Source: Candidatus Izemoplasma sp.
Lineage (GTDB): Bacteria; Bacillota_I; Bacilli_A; Izemoplasmatales; Izemoplasmataceae
NCBI GenBank assembly: GCA_036172455.1
Contig: JAXKVY010000005.1
Span: 1-64,000 of the forward strand
Direction: 5' to 3'
Length of the DNA: 64,000 nucleotides
The notes under the pieces were generated by a model. It saw only the letters and a program-made list of their open reading frames with translations, was not told the DNA's origin and searched no databases. Position 1 is the first letter of the stretch; each line of letters begins with the position of its first letter. Positions 61,713-64,000 of the stretch are shown here, in pieces. Both the position numbers and the translations under genes were made by a program.

Positions 61713-63005
61713 ATGTCAAGACAAACCAATATTGAATTAAGAAAGTTATTTATATATCAAGTTTATATTAGAAACCACACTGAAGAAGGAACGTTTAAAG
61801 CCTTTCAAAAAGACCTAGACAGAATTGAAAATCTTGGTGTGGATATTGTCTATTTCCTACCCATTCATCCCATAGGAGAAGTGCAACGTAAAGGAGCGTT
61901 AGGGTCTCCTTACTCAATTCAAGATTATCGTAAAATTAATCCTGAGTATGGAACCCTGGAAGACTTCAAAGCATTAGTGAATGAGATTCATCAACGAGGA
62001 ATGAAAGTTATGATTGATGTTGTTTACAACCATACTTCATATGATTCTAAGTTACTCAATGAATTCCCAGAATATTTCTATAAAGAACATGGTGAGTTTA
62101 AAAATCGCGTAGGAGATTGGTGGGATATTACCGACTTAGACTATTCAACAAGTCATCGTTTATGGGAAGAATTGATTGATACTTTACTTTATTGGACAAC
62201 ATTAGGTGTTGATGGATTTCGGTGGGATGTGGCATCTTTATTACCAATGGAATTCTTGGAAGAAGCACATGATAAAGTGTTATCGGTCAATCCTGAAAGT
62301 ATCTTTTTAAGCGAATCTGTTCATGGCGAGTTTTTACGTCATATTCGTAACCGTGGTTTCTTAGGATTAAGTGAATCAGAAATATATCAGGTATTCGATA
62401 TTGCGTATGATTATGATACACATCCACTCTTTGAAGGATATTTAAACGGTGACAATACTTTAAAAACGTATTTGACATCCATTCTTAAGCAAGAAGAACA
62501 GTACCCACAAAACTATATTAAACTGAGAAATTTAGAGAATCATGATTTCGGAAGATTTGCCGATATGGTAGATAGTAATCATGTGAAAATAGATAACTGG
62601 TCAGCCTTTGTATTTTTTAATAAAGGATGCACAATGATATATGCGGGTCAAGAACGATCTGATACCAATTTACCAAGTCTATTTGATAAAGATCCTGTTC
62701 ATTGGGATGGGTATGATGTGTCCTCTGATATAAAGACGTTAGCGTCCTTAGTAAAAGATGATATCTTTACAAAAGGTGTGTATAATTTTGAGTACCAAGA
62801 CCACGACGTGATTGTTGCGACGTATCAACTTCATCAGCGCTTAGTAGTTGGCATATTTAATGTTGGTGATGAAACGGGTAAAATAACGTGTTCTACGGTA
62901 CCTAATGGTGTGTATCAGAATTTATTGGATCATTCGGAGATAACTGTCAGTAATCAAACAGTGGCCATTACCAAAAAACCAATAATCTTTGAGGTTACAC
63001 TATGA
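61713..63005 (+). CDS. GH13 alpha-amylase family glycoside hydrolase
   Basis: DVVYNHTS and GFRWDVA conserved regions. Confidence 0.75.
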   Translation: MSRQTNIELRKLFIYQVYIRNHTEEGTFKAFQKDLDRIENLGVDIVYFLPIHPIGEVQRKGALGSPYSIQDYRKINPEYGTLEDFKALVNEIHQRGMKVMIDVVYNHTSYDSKLLNEFPEYFYKEHGEFKNRVGDWWDITDLDYSTSHRLWEELIDTLLYWTTLGVDGFRWDVASLLPMEFLEEAHDKVLSVNPESIFLSESVHGEFLRHIRNRGFLGLSESEIYQVFDIAYDYDTHPLFEGYLNGDNTLKTYLTSILKQEEQYPQNYIKLRNLENHDFGRFADMVDSNHVKIDNWSAFVFFNKGCTMIYAGQERSDTNLPSLFDKDPVHWDGYDVSSDIKTLASLVKDDIFTKGVYNFEYQDHDVIVATYQLHQRLVVGIFNVGDETGKITCSTVPNGVYQNLLDHSEITVSNQTVAITKKPIIFEVTL

Positions 63006-64000
63006 ATACGTTAAAAGGCGCATTAATAATCTTTTTTAGCTTATTACTTGTGGCATGTGAAGAAACAAGTGATGGGTTAGATTATGAGATGTTTCGTTCA
63101 AACATATATACCTCGTATGATGAGGTTGAGAATATTACCCCTAATCGTTATATTGTATATTACTACAGTGAAACATGTAGTCACTGTAACGATGTTAAAC
63201 AAGAGATATTAAGTTTCTTTAAAACATATGAGGGATTAGATTTTTATCTAATGAATGTGGCTAGTAAAGATGTTAATGATAGTAGTCAGTTTAGTGAGTT
63301 TAGAGGCACACCGAGTTTATTTATTATTGCGCAAGGTGCAGTTGTAGAAACATATGTAGGGACAACACAAGTTAGAGCCTTTATTGATGAATACAGTAAT
63401 AAAACGTTAACGTATGATAGTTTTGTTTCACAGCATGTCCAGTCATTCGACTTTTTAGCCACAAAAGAAGATAAAGATTACTTAATATATTATTATCAAG
63501 ATGATTGTGAAAACTGTGAATCAATCCAAGAAGATATACTAAATTTTGCCTTTAATAGAGCTCCAGATGAAATCATTTTTATCAATAAGTCTTCATTAGA
63601 TCCTGAAATAAGTATTCCAGAACCGTTTAACACAATGGATACCTTACCGGTGTTACTTGAAGTATCATATGACACAGTGATGAATACATATACAGGTGCG
63701 GTAGATGTAAAAAACTATATCATCACTCACCAAGGTTCAGCACTCGATTTTGAAAGTTCACGATTAGAATATGATGATTTTTCTAATCATTACCTTACGG
63801 ATTATAGTGAAACCTTAGTCGTTGATGATCAAACTCATATTGAGTACTTCTACAGTCCATACTGCTCTCATTGTGAGTCCCTTAAACAGGAGATTTTAAC
63901 TTTTTTTACTAACTTAGAAGACTATCCATTTTACTTAGTTGATATCAGTCAAACAACGGGAGAAAATACGATTGAAGAACTTACTGGGGTGCCAACCTTA
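63002..64000 (+). CDS. lipoprotein with three tandem thioredoxin-like CxxC units (partial, runs off window)
   Basis: Lipobox LLLVAC. CSHC, CENC and CSHC sit about 113 aa apart in similar contexts (YYYSETCSHCNDVKQEIL / YYYQDDCENCESIQEDIL / YFYSPYCSHCESLKQEIL). ATG overlaps the amylase TGA. Confidence 0.5.
   Translation, partial: MNTLKGALIIFFSLLLVACEETSDGLDYEMFRSNIYTSYDEVENITPNRYIVYYYSETCSHCNDVKQEILSFFKTYEGLDFYLMNVASKDVNDSSQFSEFRGTPSLFIIAQGAVVETYVGTTQVRAFIDEYSNKTLTYDSFVSQHVQSFDFLATKEDKDYLIYYYQDDCENCESIQEDILNFAFNRAPDEIIFINKSSLDPEISIPEPFNTMDTLPVLLEVSYDTVMNTYTGAVDVKNYIITHQGSALDFESSRLEYDDFSNHYLTDYSETLVVDDQTHIEYFYSPYCSHCESLKQEILTFFTNLEDYPFYLVDISQTTGENTIEELTGVPTL

Noticed and set aside
1-64000. CRISPR array, cas genes, integrase, transposase, prophage genes
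   Set aside because: I looked for regularly spaced direct repeats with unique spacers and for recombinase or transposase motifs and found none. The TIR locus has no obvious att-like flanking repeats.

Overview
This 64 kb window is an AT-rich, low-GC Firmicutes-type chromosomal segment, possibly Erysipelotrichia or Acholeplasma-like. It uses the standard genetic code with TGA as a stop codon and AGGAGG-type ribosome-binding sites. Genes are densely packed on both strands. Most of it is housekeeping. It carries a short-form 6-phosphogluconate dehydrogenase-like gene next to zwf, and the NAD(P)HX repair gene nnr. A histidine-utilisation operon (hutH, hutU, glutamate formimidoyltransferase, hutI, formimidoyl-THF cyclodeaminase) is present. 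A PAS sensor sits next to a PAS-GGDEF-HD-GYP c-di-GMP enzyme. Glycolipid and lipoteichoic-acid genes (a GT4 glucosyltransferase and an LtaS-family protein) are followed by a tRNA His-Gln-Leu cluster. Further on are ackA, dnaE-pfkA-pyk, a PadR/DUF1700-DUF4097 pair with an RND pump and TetR regulator, uvrB, and two RumA-family rRNA methyltransferase paralogs. The window ends with a LacI regulator and a GH13 amylase. The stand-out accessory locus is a tightly coupled four-gene minus-strand operon at about 3661-7623, with its own sigma-A promoter and a bidirectional terminator. It encodes (i) a 652-aa protein with an N-terminal zinc ribbon, a central TIR domain whose catalytic-type glutamate is retained, and a long helical (TPR-like) C-terminus, (ii) a membrane protein with an N-terminal zinc ribbon, (iii) a YdjI-like SPFH/band-7 protein with a C-terminal double zinc ribbon, and (iv) a small highly basic coiled-coil protein. 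The layout resembles the Bacillus ydjG-ydjH-ydjI module that accompanies pspA, but it has no pspA and carries a TIR (NADase-type) domain. I read it as a candidate undescribed TIR-based defence or membrane-stress system. A second locus of interest, at 54219-55473, holds two paralogous small proteins flanking a DUF2089-like zinc-ribbon/HTH protein and an unannotated 38-codon Cys-rich micro-ORF. Other observations are a near-identical palindromic terminator element at two unrelated convergent gene junctions, and a partial lipoprotein with three tandem thioredoxin-like CxxC units. No CRISPR array, integrase or transposase was seen. Coordinates derived by hand, rather than from the ORF track, may be off by a nucleotide or two.
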